A stretch of DNA of 64,000 nucleotides from Tubiluchus corallicola (lineage: Eukaryota; Animalia; Priapulida), in the NCBI GenBank assembly GCA_030141605.1, contig JAQGDQ010000107.1, positions 280,514 to 344,513 on the forward strand, read 5' to 3'. A model generated the notes under the pieces. That model ran no database searches, was not told where the DNA came from, and saw only the letters and a list, made by a program, of their open reading frames with translations. A program made the position numbers and the translations under genes. Numbering within the stretch: position 1 is the stretch's first letter; every line of letters begins with the position of its first letter. This document shows positions 33,501-60,629 of the stretch, piece after piece.

Positions 33501-36500
33501 GTGGTTCTACTGCACCCGTTTCATACTTGTGCGGCAACTGCTGTAAAACATTTGAAGATTTTGTGTGGATTACATAGGTCACCTGTGTCACTTCCAGCAA
33601 TTCTGTTTTTATTGTGGTCAACAGAGGATTCCTTCCATGATTACAATGACCTTTAAAATCATCAAAACCTAATGCCCAGACCATAACGCCTCCAAGGTGA
33701 TTGTCGATCACATACTTGACCTACAAACAAAAACTAGTTAGACGAACCCTATTGTCAGTCAGGGAAAAATGAGGCCCGTTGATAACATGCAAATGCGTTG
33801 CAAAAATTACAAAAGTTGGTGATCAGTAACCAGTTGAATGCTAACTGTGGTCAACAATACGTACAAAAAAATTAGTGAAAGTTTGGTGATGGAAGTTCTA
33901 GAACTTGTCCAAATATACTGCAAAGGATTGTTACCTTTTCACTAATACTCCTTGAATCCTCGTAGCCAATCCATTGGTCATTTTTGTAAGCAAATGGAAC
34001 AAGCTGATCTTCAACCCAAAAGCTTTCATAGCTTGGCATCACTTCAGAACACACCTACAAAAGATTTAAGTAATGCAAGTCATTAAAATTAATAGAAATA
34101 AACCACAATTTTTATTTATTTGCAAATGTGACAAATGCCGCACATTGGTACCATTAAAATGTTTGTGAATTTTCCGAAACAGATTTGCGAATCTTTATAA
34201 TCTGCAAATTTTGTCGTAATTTATTCATTTATTATGAGTGAAGACGTAGATCTGTAAGTCATTCAAAAAATATTCGCAAGAAGCATTATCAGTTGTTCAG
34301 TTGGCTAAATCTATCACTTAAGCAGTAATAAGATTGGTGTTTACCAATCCACAAGAAGCCGAAAATCTTAATAAGAATAAGCTCAAGCAAAGTTTTGTGG
34401 GCACAAACCTCGTAGTACGGCATCATTCCTTCCTGTTGATACATGTGTCCAGCCTTGCCACTTCCTACAATAGGTGCATTTAACATGTGGTCAGATGGGT
34501 CTTGGAGAGTGTAAGTCTGTCCAAAAAGAGGAATTCCCAGCAGCAATTTCTTTGGATCCGTTCCATGGTTTATCCAATATTGGACGATGAATTCCTTAAA
34601 AAAAAGCAACGATAATAGGATTTAGGTTATCTAAGTACACTAAAAACTAAGGAACGCTATATGGCATGGAAGATTATTAAATTATCTAAGTACACTAAAA
34701 ACTAAGGAACGCTATATGGCATGGAAGATTATTAGATTGTCTAAGTACACTAAAAACTAAGGAACGTTATATGGCATGGAAGATTATTAGATTATCTAAA
34801 TACACTAAAAACTAAGGAACACTACATGGCATGGAAGATTATTAGATTATCTAAGTACACTAAAAACTAAGCAACACTACATGGCATGGAAGATTAATAG
34901 ATTATCTAAGTACACTAAAAACTAAGGAACACTACATGGCATGGAAGATTATTAGATTATCTAAGTACACTAAAAACTAAAGAACATTATATGGCATGGA
35001 AGATTATTAGATTATCTAAGTACGCTAAAAACTAAGGAACATTACATGGCATGGAAGATTATTAGATTATCTAAGTACACTAAAAACTAAGGAACATTAC
35101 ATGGCATGGAAGATTATTAGATTATCTAAGTACACTAAAAACTAAGGAACGCTATATGACATGAAAGATTACTAGGTTATTTAAGTACCCTAAAAACTAA
35201 GGAACACTACATGGCATGGAAGATTATTAGGTTATCTAAGTACACTAAAAACTAAGGAACATTATATGGCATGGAAGATTATTAGATTATCTAAGTACAC
35301 TAAAAACTAAGGAACACTACATGGCATGGAAGATTATTAGGTTATCCAAGTACACTAAAAACTAAGGAACACTACATGGCATGGAAGATTATTAGGTTAT
35401 CCAAGTACCCTAAAAACCAAGGAACACTATATGGCATGGAAGATTACTAGGTTATCTAAGGAAAACGATCATACCGCATCTTCATAGCTATTAGTCTCAA
35501 AAGTGCTTCCGTGATTTTCCAATAATTTATCCCTTTCACACACATGACACAAAAATGCTGCCCTTGCTTGTGTGTGATTTTCCAAGTTGTCTTACACTTA
35601 ACTGAAATTACTAAAAACAAAGATATTTCAAAGGCGACCTCTTCACTTACAATATTCGCAGTTTTGTCCACATCGTAGGAGTGAGGATGCAAAGGACTTC
35701 CATGACCAGCGTGTTTGTTCCATATTCCATTAAGGTGATAAGTCATCATTGGTAAATAATCACTAAACCTGCATTTAGAAATCAAGAATATTATGAGAAG
35801 CTTTTTCTCTTTGAGCACAAATAACCAGAGATGTTTTTTACACAAGGCGCTTTGCAAGGATTAATGGTAGTAGATGATAGATTTCAAGGACAATTTTGAG
35901 GTTAGTCACTTGACCTGCAGGGCGGTTATCTTCTACATAATAATTTATCATTCACTGATAATTCAACTTTTAAATAGCGTTATTAGTACCAATTATTTTC
36001 ATCAAAAATAAGAAACGTATTTATAAACGCACGAAGAGATTTTCGGGATGTCGTAACCCAAATCTATCCAGTATTTAGCGCCCGGTATCGTGGTGGCCAA
36101 GATTAGTTGATTGTTGCCGGAAAACTTGGCTTCCATCGTAAAGATCTTGTGAAGCTCCTAAAAATTAAACACACAATTGTACATAAATTTAAAATTGACA
36201 CAGAGATATTGGGTAAGAAGAGTCCTCACTTTGCATTAATTTGTTCAAGCCAAAACTACACCATATAGACACGAAGAACCGACGGTCAACTAGCAGAACT
36301 AACAACCTGCTTTAAAATGCTTGAAAAGATGAATTTCAAGAGCAAAGCAGTTAGAGTGTTATAGCCTGTCAAATACTACTAATATTTTTATATCAATACC
36401 TCTAAGAGCAGTGGTAAATTGTCTCTATCTGAAGGATGTCCACCTCTTCGTTCGTAGCCCGGAAACTCCCAGTCGACATTTAGTCCATCGAAACCATATT

Positions 36501-38970
36501 GTCTCAGGAAATGAAGTACAGAATTAACAAAGGTAAGACGTGAGTTGAGAGACCACGCCATATTGCTGAAACGCTGTGAACCTTCTGCCCAACCGCCTAC
36601 TGCTAGCAGTACCTTCAGATCTGGATTTTGGTTTTTTAGGGCCAGGATTCTCTGAAACAATTCTAAAAAAGAATTTTATTAAATGCTTCGACAGAAACAG
36701 TTAGTGCAAACGGATTTTTTAGTTAGGTATTACTGCAAATAGCAATTTAAAGCCCAACCAGCGTCTTAAACAATGCAATAACGATGTTTTAAAAAACGTT
36801 TAGCTCAAAATTTGGTTTAACAATGAATGCGACACATCATTTTTGTGACATGGGTTAAAGTGCATAAATGGCCTCTTGAAATTCTGACAAAATATAAAAT
36901 TTGTGGAAAGTTACTTCAATACTCATTGCTTCATTAGGTTTTTTCCTTGTACCACAGCTTTGAATGCACTTTTACTTGATCAGGTCTTTGTTCAGTTTGT
37001 TGCTTTCTTGCACCGTGTACCTTGGTTATTGTTAAGTAGGTCTTTACCAGGGATTTTTCAATGTGTTTTATATCGTCAATTTTTATGTGCTTTATCATTT
37101 AACAAAAAAGTTGGAAAAACGCAACAAAATTAAAGCAAAATTAAATCAATTTTTTTTATTTGCCATTGAAATAACTAAAACTGAACCTCATTTGGGTTTG
37201 TTAAGCTAAGAAGTGAGGAGAAGAGCATGTCAGAATGATTGATTTATGATTGATCCATTCATTGTACTATTTATTTCAGCATAAAAGCCACAAAAACATA
37301 CAATTAAAATTTACCTAGACTAAAACTAGAAGTGCTAAAAAATACTATATGCAGAAAGTGAGTAAAAGCATTTAAAATTAGAGCTACGAGCTTCAAAGTT
37401 ACGAAATTACGCGAGTTACCATTTCAGGAACAGAAGACATGTCTCGGGGTGAGTCTGGAAAGTTCACGATCCTACTCTGTAGAATTTTCAAACCATACCT
37501 GTTTTTGTTATCGCATTGTTGCTATCATTACGTATATAGTTTAATGTTTTGTGTTGCAAATCAGCCAAATAAAAAATTATTGAATTGAATTGAATTGTGT
37601 CCAATGTGATAATTAGCCAGAAAAGAAAGTCATCAATGATACCACAGGCTGGGGAGTTAAGCACAGGGTGCGCTGCGTTCGTGTGCTAGGCGTAAAATAT
37701 GAGTGGTGCATTCGGGGCTACGATAAGCTGAAACCATTTAACAAGCAGAGCCATCAAGATGTTGCAGACCTCATTTTATTTCTTCCCTTTGGCTGTAGAT
37801 TAAATTAGTTACTAGATCTATATCTAAATGCGATTAAGTGTGAAGTCGAGATTTCGTACCGCTTCTCTAAGAAAAGAACCAAAAAACCATGATTTTTATC
37901 ATATTGTCAATTTAGTAGGTTTGTGAACAGATTGTAAAACTAGTAAAATGATTATACTTATTTACTTCTATTTATAAACCTTTTTTCGTGAATGAATATT
38001 CGACTGGTGATCTTCAAGTAATTTTAACACTTTGCGTGCAATCTGAAAAGTATTTCGGGAGTGTATAAAATAGACCTGACGTTTTTTGGTATTTCTACCC
38101 ACAGTACCTGTTTAAACTCAAAACCCACTACCCAGTGTCCACGACTTCAGTCCCTAAACCTCGATACCTTTTTACCTCAGCTTGCAATCTCAATAGCCAG
38201 AACGACAATGTTGTGTATTCGTTTAATAGTCACGTCGTACTGTCTCTCTTCAAACACTTAGGCAAATACAGTGGCTGCGTAGCCTGATAGGTAAAACGTC
38301 CGAGCTCCGTACAGGAGGTTGCGTGTTCGATACGAAAGACAGTCATATAAAAAAATTAAAAAATGCTACGTGTAGTTGCCCTGTGTGACTAATCTCTGTT
38401 ATGTAGTTGTAATTCGTAATTTATCGTGGGCAATAAAAAATCTCATTGCAGCTTTGTTTGTCTGTTCTACTTAAAGCTGAATCATCATCGTTGTCGTCGT
38501 CGCCATAATCATCATCATCATCGCAATGAGCACAGAAATTTCTTTGGATGGTAAACAATAACACCATATTGGCAAAAGCACTTTGCAACAAGCAACTTAC
38601 CTAAATCTGACTCTGACTTGGCCGTCAGCTCATTATCCAATATTGTGGCGTATCCAAACACGATGTGCGTGCAAGTTGAGGGGTCGATGTCTTCTGGTAA
38701 GAACGTGGCTGGCGCGGGACGTCGAGCTGCCTCCCCCGGGTAAAAGCAGAACCGCACGTAGGAATCGTAGTCATGAAGATGACTTGGAACTTCTGGAAAG
38801 TAATTAAATAAAATAATTAGCTAATTAGTTATAAGTTTAAATTCGAGATTATCAGTTATTGGTAAAGTGAACACAATATATTTGAACCAGAAACCTTTGG
38901 AATTCAAACCAATGACTAGACAACACAGACACGTGTGAACGCGGGCGTTCTTAATTCAATCCCATGAGTA

Positions 38971-39016
<46 letters not shown>

Positions 39017-40195
39017 TTTATTAGTTTATCACCATTTTTAAAATAGCAAAATACATAACTAACAGATTTATAAATCTATACAACATACAATAATACAACA
39101 TTACAAAGTGCAAAAGTAATTATTGATTAGTGGTGAAAGGGTGGCGAAAGAACTATAAGTCATCGAGGTCAGCCACCCTCTCAGAATTGTTACTAATATA
39201 ATTAATTAGTTAATGCGCATGTATCAGATAATAAAAAATTATCAGATTTTGCATTTAAGACGAATGAAAATTGAACGTTATACGAATGTGTTAGTTTATA
39301 ATAAAATAATGTTCAATAATGGGAAAGAAGAGACACACGTGCCTATCTTTTAATAATAATTTAACCTTTACGTATTTAAAATTAATATTATGAGGACCTA
39401 GAGTCAAAGGAAGAAAAAAAATTAATTTTCCGCTTGAAGCTAGCAAAAGTGGATAAACATGTATGTTTAGTTATGAAAAAAAAGAGTTGAAAGAAAAGTA
39501 TCTTAAAATTCTTTAGGATTAGCGTTCATTATTGCATAATATTAGGTCACCAACCAAGGGAACTGTTAGTTTACTTACACTTAACTGTTTACTGTAATTA
39601 CTAATTACCTAACCATAATATGGTGTTTTGGATAATTAGTCTTTGATTGTAGTGTGAAAACAAAGAATTTAACAAACGATTGCGGTTTATGCTCACCAAC
39701 AGATAGCTGTTAATCGTAGATGGAAGGAATCGCAATGGATTGTTAAATTCTGATTAACACATTTAAAACATAGTAACATCGCTAATTTGGCTACTAAACA
39801 ATGGTGTTTCATTAACGGCACAGGCACGGAAACAAAGGTTCATATCAATAACATTTGATTTACTTTTATCAAAATCCCACACAAACCGTAAATGAAAAAA
39901 AGAATTTGCCAAAAATTGCGCCAGCGTTAATTAAGATTCTCCAGACATTTGCTGTCAAAATTTCATGTTGAAAAAAACCAATCAAACAATCAGTGAAACA
40001 ACTGCTGAACTTATAGAGATACAGATATGTTCATTTTCTTAATGTCTTACACCTAATAATGGCGAAATAATTTAACTAACCGACGTCAAACTGTATTTAA
40101 AATGTGAAACCAAATTAATACTTACCTGGCTGAGTTTCAGTAGATGATAGTCCTGCCAGTAATACCAATACCAGGCAAACACCTATCCCCTGCAT
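30568..40195 (-). CDS. Secreted GH18 chitinase-like protein with a His/Tyr/Glu/Pro repeat linker and a C-terminal CBM14 chitin-binding domain (~1408 aa)
   Basis: Eight phase-consistent coding exons: 40126-40195 (signal peptide), 38601-38792, 36400-36662, 36033-36157, 35651-35768, 34409-34594, 33935-34054, 30568-33720. Motifs: CTHIVFGYA, KVLLAVGGW, FDGLNVDWEFP, WIGYED, LGGVMVWALGFDDF, six-Cys CBM14. Confidence 0.95.
31146..32900 (-). repeat. Coding 42-bp tandem repeat (YPEHGHYEVHPHET, ~41 copies)
   Basis: In-frame 14-aa repeat within the last exon of the GH18 gene. Confidence 0.97.
34622..35460. repeat. 55-bp intronic tandem repeat, ~15 copies
   Basis: CTAAGTACACTAAAAACTAAGGAAC...GGCATGGAAGATTATTAGATTAT recurs at 34631, 34686, 34741 and onward. 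Confidence 0.96.
38273..38335 (+). mobile_element. Possible tRNA-derived SINE head
   Basis: A-box-like GTAGCCTGATAGGT and B-box-like GTTCGATAC; no complete cloverleaf. Confidence 0.35.
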
Positions 40196-40328
40196 ACTGC
40201 AAAAATAATCGAGTATTTTCATGATCGTTAGTTATCAATCATTAGTAGAAAAAAATTGTAATGCAAGCAAAAATTATTCTATATAATTCCGTGTTATAAA
40301 TTAAAGTAAAATATATAAAGTATAATAT

Positions 40329-40586
40329 AAAGTAAAAACCGGACCCAATCTTAAACTGTAGGTCAAAACAATCTACTCGTTAAAATATTGAAAGGAAACA
40401 TACTATATAAAGTAAAACCGGACCCAATCTTAAACTGTAGGTCAAAACAATCTACTCTTTAAAATATTGAAAGGAAACATACTATATAAAGTAAAACCGG
40501 ACCCAATCTTAAACTGTAGGTCAAAACAATCTACTCTTTAAAATATTAAAAGGACACATACTATTTTTTTTCAAAAATGACTTACA
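40329..40586. repeat. ~79-bp tandem repeat x3, homologous to 41411-41507
   Basis: AAGTAAAACCGGACCCAATCTTAAACTGTAGGTCAAAACAATCTACTC... occurs three times here and once at 41411. Confidence 0.9.
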
Positions 40587-43500
40587 TGAAAGAATGCTTA
40601 GCGCAATTTATCCCAAAATAGTTTAGCAAGCACAAAAGAATGGGACACACTCCAACAACAAGAGTAAAATTCACAGTTTAGTGGGAAAATAATCTGAGAA
40701 TTAGTGCACTTGTATTGCTGATGATTTTACTCGTCGTTTGTAAAACTTCGAAACTTAAAATTTCGATGTTTAAGTTGGCGAAATAGCGTTTAGGAAATAA
40801 ACCGGTAATACATTGTAGTTATAGTTCTGTCGGAATAGGCACGTAACTCGTATACACAGATTTATTTTTGTGGGAAAACCAAATTAAAACGTAAAAATGT
40901 TTTTCTTGCTAAGCATTTTACAATCACTGCACAGTCCCGAAAAGAAAATGAAAATGAGACTTCGGGTCTAGGCAGAAAAACGTCACAAACAGTGAAAATA
41001 TAACCACCCTTTTTCATATCCCATAAAAACCCTTCTCCGTTTCTAGGAAAAAACTATCCACAGACCAAGATGTTGGGTCAAATAAATTTTTCCGACAAAA
41101 TTAAAACAATGACAGAACATGAATGATGGAACAAAGATACAGTAAATTAAATTTTGATACTAAAGCCCAGAGACAGGAAATTTGAAAATAGATGGGATAC
41201 AGCCTGGATTTTGTCTCCCTATTTCCCTATTTCCAATGATTAAAGCAGCCCAAAGTTCATTCTTTTTGTTTGGTAAACTAATTTCAGCATTTCCACTGTT
41301 AGACCTCTTACACTGGAGTGAATCTAACAATTAACATCAATTTTGATCCTGAAATTTCTGTGGAAAATTAATGACTTAATTGAGTAACTAGAATCAAGAT
41401 TATTATTATTAAAGTAAAACCAGGCCTAATCTTAAACTGTAGGTCAAAACAATCTACTCTTTAAAATATTGAAAGGAAACATACTCTTTTTTTCAAAAAT
41501 GACTTACGTGAAATAATTAATACCCCAGAAATACAATTTCACGTTCGCGCCACTAGTTCTTCGCTGTTACATGCATTTCGCCATTCGTTAGCTAGACGGG
41601 CACTAGCGCCTGCATTTCAGAAACGCAATGCACAAAAAACAGGTGCTGTGCCTCTCTGTTCAGATGCGTTAGTTTGCGACGAACTACAAACATTCGACAG
41701 CTCATGCGTGAGCACAGCACTTATTCTGAAATTTGAATTTTTATATTAAAACTTGCCTTGCTTTGATACAACACACTGAATACCACTGTACTTTTCAAAC
41801 AGTTCAAACAAGCTAGTGGAGTATTTTTGCCTTTGAAAATTATGTTAATTGGTGATGTCATCAATAGGTGGGCTAGCCCGCCGTTAATTAAATTTTTAAT
41901 CTATTATTTAATTATGAGAACTACTTTTGCGGTATTAATTGTGTTAAAATGTATCCCTTTTATCGGACTTGAAATGGGCTGGTATATAAAAAAATCACCC
42001 TGTCTTCCTTTAAGGATGGAAAAAACCAACAATTGATGAAATTTTGATGCCAAACATGAAAGACAGTTAGATAAACACGAGTATTTTAGCTAGCAGCAAA
42101 ACTAGCAATGAACAGCAATCATCAAAATAGCAATAAAGGAAAACATAAGCGATGAACGGACTGTTTAGCATATATACTAAGTGCCTTTCTGGCTTTTTCC
42201 TTAGAGAAATTAAGTATAGCACCGTCTATCAATGATAACTCACTGTATCAAATCAAAGAACGAAAAATGCTTGAACTGGCAGTGTCTCTCTTCGGTAGGA
42301 CATTTTTACATACAACGATATAATGCGCTAAGATACTTAATTTATAAGTTTTTGTAGTTACATTACACTACAGACGCGAACAGCTAGTAGTTTCACAAGT
42401 GTGAATCTTTTCAATGGCTTCTATAATTTAACGAGCAGGGTGGGCTCTAGGTAGTCTGAGTGTGCATATCACGTTTAATTTTAAATTACAGAGGCAAAAA
42501 TCACTTGGACTAGTACAGCAGTATTTATTTATTAATTTATAAAACAGGTATATTTAAACTCTTAGTGAATTATTTTTGATGTCTGTTCGAAACATTAACG
42601 CAATTACGTACTTAAGACCTAAGCTAATTGCATGAGAGAAATTTAAAATACATACATAAACCATGTGGTGTACAGTAATATCAAATTGAAGTATCGTCTT
42701 TTTATTCAGATCTAAGGGGTCATGGCTAACACAATTTTCCTTAGTAGGCCTTAGGGAAAATTAGTTTTAGCGCCCCCTCTTCAACGGTCAACCCCTTCCA
42801 CGGTCCACACAGCACCCGCAAAATTGAATTTTTCTTGTATAATATTATAGTAAAGTATAATGCTACCTGTGCGTTAGGCTTATGCATGTGTGATAGATCT
42901 ACAGTTTGTGCTGTGTTGACGGAATTTGAACAACGGTCAACCCCTTCCACCCCGGTTCACACAGCATCAGCAAATTTGAATTTTTCTTGTATGATATTAT
43001 AATAAAGTATAATGGTACCTGTGTGTTAGACTTATGCATGTGTGATAGTGAACTAATTAAGTGTGGTCAATTACCTATCTACAGCTTGTATTGTGTTGAC
43101 TAAATTTGAAACTGACTTTATAACCCTATTACAGGAGCAATCAAATTTCTGTGATTTCAGCTCTTCTTGTTTAGATTTTCCCTCAGCTATTCGTCAGGAA
43201 ATCCTTGAAACTTTAACTTCTTTCTTCGTGTACATCCATTTCACTAGCTTCATCTGCTTCATAACTCTGGTTTTGTTGCAAATGCTTCACTGGCGAATCT
43301 TTCTGCTGTTCATTGTCGCCACCCGCCACCCGTCACCCGCTAGCTTTCTTGCTTTTCATTTCCTGTATAATTCCGCTCCTAAACACTTCGACTCTTGTAA
43401 GTTTATTTGGCATAATTAGACAAATGCTATAGAAAGAAGTGTTTATTAACGTAAGGGTCATTACAATAAGCACTTACGTAGCGAGGCTGCTCGATGCATA

Positions 43501-43692
43501 GAATAGAAAATGCTTGCAAAATCACGCGCAAGAAATGTCTGAGTGGAATGATGTAATCTTAGAAATACAAATAAAACTAAACTAGAAAGTGTTTTGCTGT
43601 AGGAATTAACTTCCTAGCATCGATGAATTATCCATTTCGACAGAAAGATTATGGTTCGTTTCGTTTGATTAGTGTTGCGCACTTAAAGAATT

Positions 43693-44330
43693 ACACATAC
43701 GCTATGTTGTTACTTAAGCTATGTTATTACACATACACAATGTTATTACTTAATCTATGTTATTACACATACACAATGTTATTACTTAATCTATGTTATT
43801 ACACATACACAATGTTATTACTTAAGCTATATTATTACACATACACAATGTTATTACTTAAACTATATTATTACACATACACAATGTTATTACTTAAGCT
43901 ATGTTATTACACATACGCTATGTTATTACTTAAGCTATATTATTACACATACACAATGTTATTACTTAAGCTATGTTATTACACATACGCTATGTTATTA
44001 CTTAAGCTATATTATTACACATACACAATGTTATTACTTAAGCTATGTTATTACACATACACAATGTTATTACTTAAGCTATATTATTACACATACACAA
44101 TGTTATTACTTAAGCTATGTTATTACACATACACAATGTTATTACTTAAGCTATATTACTACACATACACAATGCTATTACTTAATCTATGTTACACATA
44201 CACAATGTTATTACTTAAGCTATGGTATTACACATACACAATTTTATTACTTAAGCTATGTTATTACACATACACAATGTTATTACTTAAGCTATGTTAT
44301 TACACATACGCTATGTTATTACTTAAGCTA
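43693..44330. repeat. 36-bp minisatellite, ~18 copies
   Basis: Unit CACATACACAATGTTATTACTTAAGCTATGTTATTA. Confidence 0.96.
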
Positions 44331-45682
44331 AACTTCAAAATGAAATAATTACTTCCAGAATTTGACGCCAACCAAAATTTGGTGCCCTGCGCAACTGCCT
44401 GGTTTGCATTAATGGGAGAGACAGCCCTGTTAAGGAGAGTTATCATGGCCGACGTCGGCGGGTTTGTGTGTTTTGGCGGCCGTGTGTCATTGGTTTAACA
44501 CAGTTAGCTTAGTGACCACTTGGTCGTGAGTGCCAAGTGTTTATTCTAAATTGAAAATCTGAATAAAAAGACGATAATTAAATTTGATATTACTGTATTC
44601 CCTATGGTTTATGTATGCAGTGGCATCGTCTAAAAATTTCTCTCTTACAATTAGTTTAGGCCTTAAGTACGTAACTGCGTTAATGTTTTGAATATAATTG
44701 ACTAAAGTTTAAATATACCTCTTTTATAAATTAACGAATAAAAACTGCTGTACTAGTCTAAGTGATGTTTGCCTCAATAACCTAAAATTAAACGTGACAT
44801 GCACACTAAAAACGTTTTTGTCAGATGGCAAATAAAAAACGTTTTTTAAAGTTGTTCTACAATGCACGTTAACTAGAGAAATGGTAGGTTATCGTTAATG
44901 CTAGGTGAGAATCCACTAACATTTAGGTGTAAAACTTAGTTCACTTCTAAAATACACGTAATCTTAATTTCTTGAAATACACTGAGACTACAGTAGCTAT
45001 AATGCAATGAATATATAATTTCATGAAAACTTTTTTTATAAGTGTGAACACGATCAACAAATTTTCCAAAAATTTACAAACTACAAAATTCTGTAAATGA
45101 AAATTGGGAGAAATTAATTTACAAAATGTTTAATTCTTACCTGGTATTGGTGGCCTATTCGTCGTGCTGATACGTCACAAGAAATCTGTATCATACACGT
45201 GTAACCTTGCAAAACCCAACACGTTGAATAACTCTCTGATCTTATGGAACTGTTTGAAGCCATACTGTCGGCCAGCATATTCTGAATAGGGAAGGGTTGC
45301 TTCAAACACAAACGCGCGATTTCATGAAACATCTACAGAATTTGACTGAACTGGCTTTGTGAAAGACAATTCAAAAAGACAGAAGAAAAAGTCCTGAGGA
45401 TCCAGACAGAAGACGAAATTTTAATGTTAGGTTTGACCAAGTCATTGTGAGCTTTCGAAAAAATTATTCTGTAACAAGCGGATAGTTTTGCAGTATTGTA
45501 GTCGCATGATCTATTAGTTCATCTCAGCAGTACTTGTGAATTATATCACTCTATTGACTATTCCAGTTAGTGAATTTTGTTAAATTCAACGGCTCTTGGT
45601 TGAAAGATTTTGGACATACACACGCACGCACGTACGCACGCACACACACAGCTCTTGGTTGAAAGATTTTGGACACACGCAT

Positions 45683-45733
<51 letters not shown>

Positions 45734-46526
45734 CATAACACTGGTGATTTTCCCACAAGTGTATTTGAAATGGTCGCCAGTTCTAAAAGATCGGAACCGC
45801 CATTGACAAGGATGATCTCCTCATTGTTAAAACTTCGATTTCTGCATTGGAATGAAGGGCAAAAAGGGGCTATAAGTATCGATGAGTCCCACGAGATCCA
45901 CCTCTTGGAGACAGGCCTTTGAGGTTATACAGATATGAGGAATACAGCTTCTGCAGATGACGGAAAACTGTGAGATTTGATTTCCAAGGAAATCTAAAGT
46001 TTTCAAGAATATCCGTTAGCTTGGAATGCTCTACCAATGATAATATTTTTCTGCGTGCTTTGTCAACTTCGCTTTCCAGTCTATACCAGGTAATAGTGGA
46101 ACTCTTCAAATGGACTGTGTATGCACAAGTTATCAGTGAAACCTCCTGCTATAAAATTGTTTCCCTTTCAACTTACAAGAATACTTTTGTTCTGGAAATG
46201 TACTCATATTTCCACTCCTATTGTAACTCTTTCCCTGAGTAGCTAATGGCCTTGTTTGAGACAATTTGTATCTAAAAATAAACGAAGTTAGCCGAACACT
46301 ACATTTAGTAAACGGAGAGCGAAGAGTTCCCAATTAGTGCCAATAGTGCTAATCATCTTAGAAAGGTTCTTTTAATGCTTTTGCATGTGCAATATTGATT
46401 ATAATATCGCTAGTTTGAACAATAAGTTAAAAAGGAAAAAAGCCAATTAAAAGCTACTGTTTTACTGAACAATAAAATTTATTTACATATCTCATCACAG
46501 ACAGTTTACATCAAAAATTAATCTGT

Positions 46527-60629
<14,103 letters not shown>

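Noticed and set aside
43623-44348. 241-aa Leu/Tyr-rich ORF
   Set aside because: Translation of the 36-bp minisatellite; no splice or promoter support.
45114-46240. Possible decayed coding sequence (an LRR-like LKTLDFLGNQIS stretch on the minus strand)
   Set aside because: Multiple stops, a single motif-like hit and no coherent exon structure; it cannot be assigned without a search.
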